Shown: positions 8,863 to 18,406, numbered from the stretch's first letter. The stretch is DNA of 32,000 nt from Candidatus Heimdallarchaeota archaeon (GCA_030614005.1 JAUWKS010000004.1:1-32000); one strand, 5' to 3'. Program-made: numbers and translations. The notes: generated by a model not told the origin, from the letters alone.

Positions 8863-10761
8863 ATGAAAAGTAAAAAAAGTATTAAAACATTTCTTGCAAC
8901 GATAGTAGTTATTTTAGTTATTGCAATCAGCAATTTTAACAATTCAAATTATATTGGACAAGCAATTCAAAATGATCCGAATGATTTCGGAAGAATAAAT
9001 GCCTGGACAAAAGATGAGAATCTTAAATTGAAAATTGAATTTATAGGCTATAATGAAGAATTGATCAATGAAACAGCTATTGAGGCTGAGCTTAAAGATG
9101 ATTTCTCATTCTTTAGTTATACTCCGCATTCCAATTTTCATTTCAATTTTGAATTTAGTTATGCAGAAGAAAGTGAAGCAAATGATTTGGAAAGTTATCT
9201 TATTTCCATAGGAAATAACGGAACAGGTACTGGTAATAAAGTTAATACTACGTTGTTGGAGGAGGATTTGGTTTCTGGTGAAAGATCAGATATTTTCTTA
9301 CCTGCAGATGGAATGTCAATTGATGCTGAATTAGTAGAGGATTATATTTATAATAATCTCTATGCTGAGCCAGTTAATGATCCGGGATATACTTTGTTTA
9401 TTTTGAATTACTCTCAGTTAGATACTTTAGACCACAGTTTGGAACATTGGTATGATGTGGAAGGAATTAGTGCAGATTCAAATGAATCTATATCTTGGTG
9501 GTATTCTGGATATGGAGATCTTAACAAACGGTCCGCAATGGGTTGGGGTGGGAATTACCGATTTTGCTATTTGGATCTTTCAGCTAGATCCTGGTTTTTC
9601 GATTATATTACAACTGCTTGGCAAAGTTTAGGTTTAGGATACAAGTCATATTACGATTATCCTGATTTAGATAATCTTACACAAACATTTGATATGGAAA
9701 CTCTTGAGGGAAAGGAAAAATTAACTGAATATCTTGTTGATTGGATTAATACTTACTTAGGCAATGTGTTCTCAGGACCTGTTAGTAACCCTCCTCTCGG
9801 AAGGTCCATTTCTTTGCAAGTTAAAGTGTTTAATAATCTCACAATGAATGGATATGCAGAAGAAGATCTTATTTGGTGTATTTCTCAAAATAGAATTTTA
9901 GATCAACTCGAGAATGATTTCCCCTGGATTAATTGGCTTATAGAGATAGAATGGGTAGAATTAACAGATTATCCCCTTTTATTTGATTATATTCAAAATG
10001 ATATCAATATTGATCCCTCAGGTAACAAGTACATAGAAGTTACGAATGGATTATTCTCTTATTTGCAAAACAATCTCGGTGCTCATTTCAATTTATCACT
10101 TGCAGACGAAGTGCTTCCATGCTACTTCTTTTTAACTAATGATGTTCATTTCAGATGGAATGGAATTTCTTTTGCTGGCTTAGGAGGTATGGGTTGGGAA
10201 ATTTTACTTGGTACTCAAAACAGTTTGTTTGAAGATGGTGTAGAAACAGAGCCTAGACGAGGAATGTCTTCGGTTATGATCCATGAATTAGGTCATTCGC
10301 TTGGATTGCCACACCCTCACAGTAGTACATATGGTTGGGGTTCGGCTTTTGTTGCAGATGTTATGAGCTATTTTGCTTACGAACAAAGTTTCAGCACCTT
10401 TTACAAAGATGCCATAGGAAGGGCCCATTCAGATGGGCATTATTTGACTGCTCTAATGAATCGTGAGCAAGCACTAGCACTGTATGAAGGTTTAGAAATA
10501 CCAGAAGTAATAAACGAAACATTTGACCAAGTTGATAGTTTGCTAGAAGCAATTCCTTCCTATTATCAACAAATGGATTATAATTCCTCTGCAACATTAG
10601 GTTTGCAAGCACTAGACCTACTGGATTATATCATCTATTATCAGGAATCAACATCAAATAGCACAACTACTGGATTAAACATTGAATTAGGAGGAGTAAT
10701 TATTATCCCAATTATATTATCTCTATTTTTAGAAATATCGAAGAAAAAAAGAAGAAAATAA
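8863..10761 (+). CDS. Secreted, C-terminally membrane-anchored zinc metalloprotease (metzincin clan)
   Basis: Basic plus hydrophobic N-terminus (signal-like), HELGHSLGLPH (HExxHxxGxxH) followed by Met-turn DVMSY, S/T-rich linker, hydrophobic C-terminal helix and KKKRRK tail. Confidence 0.85.
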   Translation: MKSKKSIKTFLATIVVILVIAISNFNNSNYIGQAIQNDPNDFGRINAWTKDENLKLKIEFIGYNEELINETAIEAELKDDFSFFSYTPHSNFHFNFEFSYAEESEANDLESYLISIGNNGTGTGNKVNTTLLEEDLVSGERSDIFLPADGMSIDAELVEDYIYNNLYAEPVNDPGYTLFILNYSQLDTLDHSLEHWYDVEGISADSNESISWWYSGYGDLNKRSAMGWGGNYRFCYLDLSARSWFFDYITTAWQSLGLGYKSYYDYPDLDNLTQTFDMETLEGKEKLTEYLVDWINTYLGNVFSGPVSNPPLGRSISLQVKVFNNLTMNGYAEEDLIWCISQNRILDQLENDFPWINWLIEIEWVELTDYPLLFDYIQNDINIDPSGNKYIEVTNGLFSYLQNNLGAHFNLSLADEVLPCYFFLTNDVHFRWNGISFAGLGGMGWEILLGTQNSLFEDGVETEPRRGMSSVMIHELGHSLGLPHPHSSTYGWGSAFVADVMSYFAYEQSFSTFYKDAIGRAHSDGHYLTALMNREQALALYEGLEIPEVINETFDQVDSLLEAIPSYYQQMDYNSSATLGLQALDLLDYIIYYQESTSNSTTTGLNIELGGVIIIPIILSLFLEISKKKRRK

Positions 10762-10789
10762 TTTCTTCTTTGTCGTTATTTTTTTTTTT
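10748..10789 (+). terminator. Hairpin plus T11 tract ending the metalloprotease gene
   Basis: AAAGAAGAAA-ataa-TTTCTTCTTT (10748-10771, stop codon in the loop), then 11 consecutive T at 10779-10789. Confidence 0.6.
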
Positions 10790-11135
10790 GATTGTCCAAT
10801 AAATTTTTTAAGGAAACACTTCAAGATTTAACTACTTGATTGGAGGTGCTTTTATGTTTACCATGGTTGTTGTTAGATATTCGATTATTGTTTTTGAAAC
10901 ACAAAGCATCTCAACTGAAATCTTCTAGATAAATTATAATTTAGATTCCATTTTTTCAGATAAAGCGATGTTTTATTGCAACAAAGGCAATTTCGAATTT
11001 TCTCTTAGATAAAGGATTCAAGTTTTTTCAGCTGATTCTTAGTAAATATAAGAAGGAGCTGTAATTTGTGCATCCTTTTTCAAAAAATCATACAAAACAA
11101 AAAACACACTTCACCAAGAAAAAGAGGAACCAAAA

Positions 11136-12149
11136 TTGACTAAAGTAAAATTGGAAAAAGAAAACGAGCTCGAATCAACAAATGATGAAAATGAATCAAC
11201 TGCACTATATGAACAGCTATGTGTTGATGATTTAGAAAAAGCTGAACGGGTAACAATCATACAAAAGATAGATGGTATAGAAAGACTTACTCGAATAGCT
11301 GAAAGAGACCCAAAGGAAAGCATCACACGTTTTGACAAAAAGACGTTTGACCCTGGATTTATGCCGATGCATACTCAGGAGTTTACCTACAAACTATTGC
11401 GCGACGAATTAAAGAAGACAGGATTCATTACTGATTTAGTTTCAGAAGTTAATGCTGGAAAGGAAGCTACCATTTATATTGCTCATTTGAATGGAGCGCC
11501 TCTAATAGTTAAAGCATTTCGACATCAATTAACAAGTCATAACCGAGCTAAAGGTAACCCCCAATTAAGAGCTGCATCATTTGCAGCAAGGGAATACTAT
11601 CGATTATCACGGGCATTTCAATTAGGATTAAGGGTACCAACACCTGCAAAACAAATAAACAATACAATAATTATGAGTTTCATTGGCGCAGATTGGAGAC
11701 CAGCACCACAATTACGAAATGTAATTCTTGAGGATCCTGAAGAAGCATTTGATGAAATTATTGAGCAAATGTGGATTAGGTATAATAAAGTAAAACTCAT
11801 TCACGGAGATCTGTCTGAATACAACATCTTATTTCATAATGGATTACCAATATTCATCGATTTTCCGCAAGCAATAGATATGAGTTTACGTGAAATGCGT
11901 TTTCCAGATAATTTGAAGAAAAACCTTCAGGTGATGCAGAAGGATTTGAAGACAATAGGTGATTATTTCACGAAGGAATATAACATTGAATATGATTTCC
12001 AGAGAGTCTACAAATACATTATTGGCAAAGATTACAAGAGTGTAAAAGAAGAATATTCAATTGAAGAATATGAAGAAATGATTCATCTCCAAAAAATGGA
12101 AGCTCACAGAAGTGTTGAAATTAGAGATAAGGACGTTAGTAAGTTTTAG
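11136..12149 (+). CDS. rio1: RIO1-family atypical Ser/Thr protein kinase
   Basis: VNAGKEATIY, IVKAFR, AAREY..L, catalytic loop LIHGDLSEYNIL, IDFPQA. TTG start with GAGG 8 nt upstream; an alternative start is discussed in findings. Confidence 0.9.
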   Translation: MTKVKLEKENELESTNDENESTALYEQLCVDDLEKAERVTIIQKIDGIERLTRIAERDPKESITRFDKKTFDPGFMPMHTQEFTYKLLRDELKKTGFITDLVSEVNAGKEATIYIAHLNGAPLIVKAFRHQLTSHNRAKGNPQLRAASFAAREYYRLSRAFQLGLRVPTPAKQINNTIIMSFIGADWRPAPQLRNVILEDPEEAFDEIIEQMWIRYNKVKLIHGDLSEYNILFHNGLPIFIDFPQAIDMSLREMRFPDNLKKNLQVMQKDLKTIGDYFTKEYNIEYDFQRVYKYIIGKDYKSVKEEYSIEEYEEMIHLQKMEAHRSVEIRDKDVSKF

Positions 12150-12167
12150 TCTTCGTTGAAGATTAAA
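12145..12167. terminator. Bidirectional hairpin between convergent rio1 and radical SAM genes
   Basis: TTTAGTCTTC-gtt-GAAGATTAAA: 10-bp stem with one G-U pair, containing the rio1 stop and abutting the radical SAM stop. Confidence 0.45.
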
Positions 12168-13100
12168 CTACTTGTCTCCTTTTCCTTCCTTTTTCAACCA
12201 ATGTTCAATTGTTAGTTGTTCACTCTGATTCTCGGGTTTCAAAGTATTGTAATCGTCAAGTTGGTATTTTTTAATCAGTGTTCTAAAGAGCAGTTGTTTT
12301 TTAGTGCGGTAATATTTTGGTGGGGACCTTGTTGAGTAAAATTGTTTATATTTAGATTCTAATTCTGGAAACTCTTCTTTAATGAAATCAAAGAATCGAT
12401 TTTTAGATGCACCTTGAAGATAAAGAATTCCAGGAATAACAAAATTTGCCCCTGCATTTGCAATCGCTTCAAAAAGTGATTCAATTTCTCCATCTGAATC
12501 ATTAATGAAAGGAACTACTGGCATCAATAAAATTCCTACTTTTAATCCAGCATCTCGAAGTTTGCTTATCGCTTGTAATCTTCTTACTGTAGAGGGTGCT
12601 CTTGGTTCTAATTTTTTGGCAGCTTTTGGTGAGATAGAAGAAACAGACATCACTATATTCACAAACATTTCTTGAGACATTTCACTTAGAATATCAATAT
12701 CTCGAGTAATTAAGTCTGATTTTGTTGCAATTGTCAGAGGGCTGCGATATTGTCTAAATACCTTTAGTATTTCTCTAGTTAACTGGTATTTTTTCTCTGC
12801 AGGTTGATACGGATCACAAACAGAACCTAAAATAACAAATTCCTTTTTCCATTTTGGTTTTGATAGCTCCTTTCGAAGTATTTGTGGTGAATTCATTTTT
12901 ACAATTATTGTCGTTTCAAAGTCTTTAGATGGATCTAAGTCGAGATAGCTATGAGTATATCTAGCAAAACAATAGATACAAGAATGTAAACAACCACGAA
13001 AAGGATTTACGCCCCATTTAAAGGGCAAATTTGATTTGCTTATTTTGTGTAATACACTTTTACATTGTTGTTCAATATAATTGATTTTCACTGAACCCAC
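12168..13100 (-). CDS. Radical SAM protein, spore photoproduct lyase-like (SplB / Rv2578c family)
   Basis: NPFRGCLHSCIYCFARYTH (CxxxCxxC), I.VK.N, GSVCDPYQPAE, TIATKSDL, LEPRAPS..RRL, P..PFIND. GTG start. Confidence 0.88.
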   Translation of the reverse strand: MGSVKINYIEQQCKSVLHKISKSNLPFKWGVNPFRGCLHSCIYCFARYTHSYLDLDPSKDFETTIIVKMNSPQILRKELSKPKWKKEFVILGSVCDPYQPAEKKYQLTREILKVFRQYRSPLTIATKSDLITRDIDILSEMSQEMFVNIVMSVSSISPKAAKKLEPRAPSTVRRLQAISKLRDAGLKVGILLMPVVPFINDSDGEIESLFEAIANAGANFVIPGILYLQGASKNRFFDFIKEEFPELESKYKQFYSTRSPPKYYRTKKQLLFRTLIKKYQLDDYNTLKPENQSEQLTIEHWLKKEGKGDK

Positions 13101-13145
13101 TCTGCTTTCTATTTATTACAAGTATCATTTTCTGAAATAATAATA

Positions 13146-13835
13146 CTATACTTCTGATAAAAATATATCAACGGGTAATCCCCACATTGTCATATGTTTT
13201 GTTGAGAGGATTTGATATCCAGATTCAAATAATATTTCAGCTGCTAGAATTGGTCTACAATCAATGATTTTTGAAAATCTTTTATGGAACCACTCGTATG
13301 TTCTAACCATTAAATTTAATTTTCTTCTTGAAAGAGTTACAATAATCAATTTCCCTTTTGGGGTGAGTACTCGTTTGCATTCTTTTAATACTAAATAGAT
13401 ATCCTTTATAGAAAACAATTCAAGAGTAAAACTGAGAAAGATTCGATCTATAATATTATCTTTGTATGGTAAAAATGTGGCATCTGCACATTGTAATGAA
13501 GTTACATCTTTAAGATTTGCTTTTCTCATTTTTTGATTGGCTTTTTTACACATTCCTTCGGATATATCGACACCTAGAACAAGACCATTGTATCCAACAG
13601 CACTTGCCAATTTTCTTAAAGAGTTCCCAGTTCCAAAACCTATTTCTAAAATCGTTTCATCTTGATGAGCATTCAGAAGTTTAATCCCTTCTAATCTATA
13701 TCTTCGTTCAAAAATACCAAATATATCATACCAATTAGCCATTTTTGTATAGCTTAATTTTGCTTCAGCTTTTGTTCGAGATATATCAGTAATTTGGAGA
13801 TGCTCATCTGTCATATTATTCATACAAAACACCAT
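13146..13835 (-). CDS. Class I SAM-dependent methyltransferase (UbiE-like)
   Basis: ILEIGFGTG, GVDISEGM, CADATFLPY, F.LELF, ECKRVL.PKG. Confidence 0.88.
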   Translation of the reverse strand: MVFCMNNMTDEHLQITDISRTKAEAKLSYTKMANWYDIFGIFERRYRLEGIKLLNAHQDETILEIGFGTGNSLRKLASAVGYNGLVLGVDISEGMCKKANQKMRKANLKDVTSLQCADATFLPYKDNIIDRIFLSFTLELFSIKDIYLVLKECKRVLTPKGKLIIVTLSRRKLNLMVRTYEWFHKRFSKIIDCRPILAAEILFESGYQILSTKHMTMWGLPVDIFLSEV

Positions 13836-13912
13836 TCATTTATTTAGTTTGTTTGCCGAAAATTAAATAACGCTCAAAATCTTTATCTCTCCAAGAACTG
13901 GAGAATAATATT

Positions 13913-14281
13913 ATGTTACAATTCATATTAGCATCTTTAATTCTACTTGCTCAAACAAATTTTGATCAAACACATATTATGTCTTTTGCTTTTTGTCCAT
14001 TTATTTTTGGAGGCACAGCAATCTTTGCTATAGTTCAATGGATCAGACTTGAACCAGGTAAGAAGAGAGAAGTTATTTGGTCGATTTCAATAATAGTTTT
14101 AGCTATTGTTGTAATAGTTTTTGTAGGATTGAATACTTTCGTCTGGAAAGAGGATTTGCTTTTTTACATCTTTATAGTAGTACGATTTACACTACTCATC
14201 TTCCTAGCGATACTAGCAAATCCATACATTAAATGGGCACCATTCAAAAGTCTCTTCATTACAAAGGAGAAAACGGTTTAA
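13913..14281 (+). CDS. Small integral membrane protein of unknown function
   Basis: 122-aa ORF with 3-4 hydrophobic segments, fills the intergenic space, no recognisable motif. Confidence 0.7.
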   Translation: MLQFILASLILLAQTNFDQTHIMSFAFCPFIFGGTAIFAIVQWIRLEPGKKREVIWSISIIVLAIVVIVFVGLNTFVWKEDLLFYIFIVVRFTLLIFLAILANPYIKWAPFKSLFITKEKTV

Positions 14282-14314
14282 GAGAAAAAAGCAAATCAAT
14301 GAGGTATAAGAAAA

Positions 14315-14698
14315 ATGAAGCCATTTAATTCCCTTATTACTTTTCTTGAAACAGATAATTTGGAAGCTACAACGAAATTCTATACCTCAATTATGAAATG
14401 CAAACTAGTTGTTGACCAAGGTCTTTGTCGGATTTTCGCTATATCTAAGAACGCTTTTATTGGTTTTTGTTCGCATGATTTTCTTGATAAAGACAAGAAT
14501 TCCATTTGCTTAACTTTTGTTTGTTCTTCAAAAGAGGAAGTTGATGAATGGTACAAACACCTACTAGTAAATAAAATTGATACAAAAGCACCACCAAAAG
14601 AAAATGCAAAGTTTAACATTTACAATTTCTTTGCAAAGGATCCAAATGGAATCATAATTGAAGTTCAATATTTTCTTCATCCATTTCCACCCGAATAA
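14315..14698 (+). CDS. VOC / glyoxalase-like family protein
   Basis: ITFL.T.NLEAT.KFY..I, LTFVCSS.EEVD.WY, FFAKDPNGIIIEVQ. SD GAGG upstream. Confidence 0.85.
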   Translation: MKPFNSLITFLETDNLEATTKFYTSIMKCKLVVDQGLCRIFAISKNAFIGFCSHDFLDKDKNSICLTFVCSSKEEVDEWYKHLLVNKIDTKAPPKENAKFNIYNFFAKDPNGIIIEVQYFLHPFPPE

Positions 14699-14732
14699 TA
14701 TTATGTTTAATTCGTTTAGTGAGGAAGAAGCT

Positions 14733-16097
14733 ATGACAAGCAAGGAAAGCATTCAATTAGATGAAAACCAACAACAAAATGGTAAATCATGGAAGAGCTT
14801 TTTGAAAGTGTATCTAGTTCTTGCTGTACTCTTTTTCGTTATGTTTACTATGCGCTCAACTGTTACGATATTGCAAGTTTTTGTTCCAAATTTGAGTTCT
14901 GCATTTTCAGTAACTGAAGGAACTATTGCAATCATGTTTACAATCTACAATCTCTCAGCAGCTTTTGTATCACTTCTCATTGGTCCTGTTGTTGAAAGGT
15001 TCGGTTATAAATTAATGATGTTTACCGGGATGTTCATTTTTGCTACAGCTGTTATGTTTTCAACATTTGCCACGGAATTCTGGATGATGGCTATAACTCA
15101 AGCAGTTGCTGGAATTGGTGCAGCTTGTTTTGGTCCGGCTAATATTGCTTATGCAGGTGATTATTTCCCTAAATCTAAAAGAACGACTGCAATAGGTTTA
15201 ATCATGTCTTCTTTTTATATTGGAAGTATAATTGCAGTACCGATTAATGCCTACGTTGCTGATCTACTTGATTGGCGATGGGGTGTAAGAACAATGAGCA
15301 TCTTTAGTTTTCTTGTCTTTTTGATGATATTATTTGCTATTCCAAGGATTAAAGGAAAGAAAATTACTAGCTTGTTTAAACCTAAAGAAAGTAATAATGA
15401 CCCGAATGAAACTTTGTTAACGAAAGATAAACACCCTGAAAACATAATAGAACTTTCTTATTTCAGTAGAATGAAACAAGTCCTCTCAAATAAATATGCA
15501 GTTGGAACATTTTTCATCACTCTTTTTCAAAGAGGTGGTCTTTTTGCAATGATTATATTGTTATCAACATGGTTAAATGCAAAATTCCAATTTGAAACGA
15601 CAACAATTGGAATAATCTTTATGGGAGCTGGAATAGCAGCTCTTGTAAGTAATAGCTTCTTCAGCTGGCTTGCTGACAAAGTTGGTAAAAAAGCAATTAT
15701 TATTATTGGTACCAGTTTAACTGCCATTTGGATTGGAATATTTCCATTGATTTCTTTCACAGCTGCTTTGGCTATTGTAAATATAATTATACTCAGTTTT
15801 GTAGGTGCTATTTCAATGGGAAGCTATAATGCATTTATTACTGAAGTTTCTCCATTATCAAAAGGAACAGCATTAGCAATAAACAATACTTTTGGGCAAA
15901 TTAGTCAAGCTGCTGCAGCAGCCATCCTTGGTAAAATAATATATGACCTTACTGGAAATTACACATACTGTGGATACACAGCAATGGGTTTCTATATAAT
16001 TAGTGTAATACTGATGTTCTTTTTCGTTAGACCAAAAGAAATTGAAAAATACAATGCACTTCGAGCTAAAAATTATCATCTACAAGAAAATTCTTAA
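14733..16097 (+). CDS. Major facilitator superfamily (MFS) transporter
   Basis: About 12 hydrophobic segments, motif A-like GPVVERFGYK and WLADKVGKK. Start moved from 14658 to ATG 14733, which follows SD GAGG and removes the overlap with the VOC gene. Confidence 0.9.
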   Translation: MTSKESIQLDENQQQNGKSWKSFLKVYLVLAVLFFVMFTMRSTVTILQVFVPNLSSAFSVTEGTIAIMFTIYNLSAAFVSLLIGPVVERFGYKLMMFTGMFIFATAVMFSTFATEFWMMAITQAVAGIGAACFGPANIAYAGDYFPKSKRTTAIGLIMSSFYIGSIIAVPINAYVADLLDWRWGVRTMSIFSFLVFLMILFAIPRIKGKKITSLFKPKESNNDPNETLLTKDKHPENIIELSYFSRMKQVLSNKYAVGTFFITLFQRGGLFAMIILLSTWLNAKFQFETTTIGIIFMGAGIAALVSNSFFSWLADKVGKKAIIIIGTSLTAIWIGIFPLISFTAALAIVNIIILSFVGAISMGSYNAFITEVSPLSKGTALAINNTFGQISQAAAAAILGKIIYDLTGNYTYCGYTAMGFYIISVILMFFFVRPKEIEKYNALRAKNYHLQENS

Positions 16098-16181
16098 TAT
16101 TACAGTGATTATGTTCATATAGTATGTATATTTGAAAGAAAATTCAAAAAATAGGTAGTCAGTAATTTCGGAGATGCCAAA

Positions 16182-16940
16182 TTGAATCAATATGACACAA
16201 AACAACTCACTCAATGTTTGAATGAATTGGCTAAAAAAGTACAAACCTGTAAGACTACTCAAAAGCTCACCGAGGAAACAGTAAAAGTAATTCAAAAACA
16301 TCTATTTTATGATGCAGTTGTTGTTCATCTCTTTAATGTAGATTTAAAACTACAATTAAGGGCAAATTATGGGATCAATATTCAAAAAGAGATTGAACAG
16401 AAAAAAACACTGGATTATAATATTATTATCGAGAACCTTTCAGTACAGAAATTGTATATTTATCAAGATTGGATCAAAAGAACAGAGTACCATAAATTAA
16501 TTCCTGAACTAACTGGGTTCCAATCTGTTGCAATTACTCCACTAATCTTCAAAAGACGCATTCTTGGATTAGTAACAATTGGCTATCGTAAAAAACAGAA
16601 TTTTAGCCATGATGAAATAATATTTTTTGAAAATGTTAGTATTTTAATGAGTACCTCAATTGGAAATTTGATTCTTCAAACAAACTTTCAAAAAAGAGTT
16701 GATGAACTTCAAGATACTATTAAACATATCCGCCATGATTTTGCAAATGACATACAATCAATAGCACTTGCATTAGAGCTTTTGTCAACAGCGGAATTAT
16801 CTGAAGATCAAAAAAAATACATTCGTATTCTTAACAAAGCAAAAGATTCCTCAATTACAAAAATCACGGAATTAAAGAGGTTAAAAGTCCAACATGAGGA
16901 AAATGTAAACATTGACATTGGAATTCCTATAAAAGAGTGA
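16182..16940 (+). CDS. GAF-domain protein with C-terminal HisKA/DHp-like segment, no ATP-binding kinase domain
   Basis: GAF features (YDAVVVHL, SVAITPLIFKRRILGLVTIGY, FSHDEI.F...V) then helix and H-box IRHDFANDIQSI..ALELL...L.EDQKKYI.IL. TTG start with GGAG 8 nt upstream. Confidence 0.75.
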   Translation: MNQYDTKQLTQCLNELAKKVQTCKTTQKLTEETVKVIQKHLFYDAVVVHLFNVDLKLQLRANYGINIQKEIEQKKTLDYNIIIENLSVQKLYIYQDWIKRTEYHKLIPELTGFQSVAITPLIFKRRILGLVTIGYRKKQNFSHDEIIFFENVSILMSTSIGNLILQTNFQKRVDELQDTIKHIRHDFANDIQSIALALELLSTAELSEDQKKYIRILNKAKDSSITKITELKRLKVQHEENVNIDIGIPIKE

Positions 16941-17104
16941 AAAATGATATGTAGAATGATACAATAGAATTTAAGGAAAGATTCTTTAGTTATCTATAGA
17001 GACCGATTTTAGTTTAAAGGAAAGAAGGACCAAAAAGCAATAATAATATTCAGGTCCTTTTTCAAACCAGTACTAATCTATACTTTAAATTGTGAGGAAT
17101 TACA

Positions 17105-18361
17105 ATGAGTCAAGAGAAAATCGATAGCGGCACAATTATTCTTAACGAAAGAGGAGCAGAAATTGGAGTAATTAAAAAAATTTATTCAGATAGATTTGCG
17201 AGATTTGAACTACAAAATTCCGATTCAATCGCTTTTGACCCCTCACATGTTACTGAAATAAATGTTTCAGGAAGATTGCTGAAAAAAAGATCAGCAAAAA
17301 TAATTCCTAAAGCACAAATATTTACTAAAGGCGCCACTGAAACACTCACTGAAGCTGTAAATCAAGCAATTCAATTAATTTTTGAACATTTAGCTACCAA
17401 AGAACTAAAAAAAGCGCTACAACACTTCGAATTTGATTATCTTGCTAAAGCAGATATTGAAGAAAATCTTCCATTACAACAAGCAATTGGTTTCATTAGA
17501 GGTGTGCAACTTGCAGGAAAAACACCTCAAGATTTCGTTGTAAAAGCTGTTTTTCAAGTTTCTGAGAATATACCCGAACTAAAGAGCAAAATAGCACCTG
17601 AGATTGTTGTAGATAAGTTAAATCAGGACAAAGCATTCATTAGGATTTTATGGAATTTATTAAGGGTTGGTATTTCGCAGGCGGTTAAAATAAAAGATAT
17701 TGATTTAGTTTATAGCAGTAGTGAAGCATTGCTTGAAATTGGATTGAGACTCATTGAAATTGAACAAAAGGAATCAGGTTCTTCAAATGACATCCTTTTT
17801 TGGCAAAATAGAATTAATGACTGCATTTTGAAATATATTGCTCTAATGATTATTAATTTAGAACCTGAAAATCAAGAGAAAAATCTACTATTTATTAAAG
17901 AAAAAGCAACTGAAATAATTAAAACAATAAAAGTAAATTCCTCACTAAAAGAGCAGACTATCAAATATTTCGAAATTTTTACTATTAAAGATTATGATAA
18001 TATGAAAACCATTGAACTTATTCATTCCGGTGTGAAAGGGTTTAACCTCAAAATTATGTCGGAAAAGAAAGCAATGAAAGAATTGTTAGACATAATGAAT
18101 AATTGTTCAAGTACAGAAGAAAAAATAAATATCGTTAATCTTCGCAAGGAAATTGATAAATTCACTCGAGAAACTCGAGGTGTTTCTCAAGAATTCATTC
18201 AAATTTTGCACGAAATCAGCCAATTCTTAAAGAAAATCGAATATGGTGACAGTAAAGTCCAAGATTATTTTGCAACATTGATGAACAAAATCCACAGACG
18301 AAAATACTACGAACTAAGCGATTTAATGCAAAAATTGAATAGTGAATGCTTTAAACTGTAA
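17105..18361 (+). CDS. Hypothetical protein: putative PRC-barrel-like N-terminus plus all-alpha body
   Basis: Long ORF with SD GAGG. N-terminus GTIILNERGAEIGVIKKIYSD fits the PRC-barrel pattern; the remainder is amphipathic helical. Confidence 0.7.
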   Translation: MSQEKIDSGTIILNERGAEIGVIKKIYSDRFARFELQNSDSIAFDPSHVTEINVSGRLLKKRSAKIIPKAQIFTKGATETLTEAVNQAIQLIFEHLATKELKKALQHFEFDYLAKADIEENLPLQQAIGFIRGVQLAGKTPQDFVVKAVFQVSENIPELKSKIAPEIVVDKLNQDKAFIRILWNLLRVGISQAVKIKDIDLVYSSSEALLEIGLRLIEIEQKESGSSNDILFWQNRINDCILKYIALMIINLEPENQEKNLLFIKEKATEIIKTIKVNSSLKEQTIKYFEIFTIKDYDNMKTIELIHSGVKGFNLKIMSEKKAMKELLDIMNNCSSTEEKINIVNLRKEIDKFTRETRGVSQEFIQILHEISQFLKKIEYGDSKVQDYFATLMNKIHRRKYYELSDLMQKLNSECFKL

Positions 18362-18406
18362 ATAGCCTTTTCGATGTTATACTAATAGAAAAATAGTAAT
18401 GCTAGA

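Noticed and set aside
14658-14732. Longer N-terminus for the MFS transporter given by the ORF track
   Set aside because: Overlaps the VOC gene and lacks an SD; ATG 14733 has GAGG upstream.
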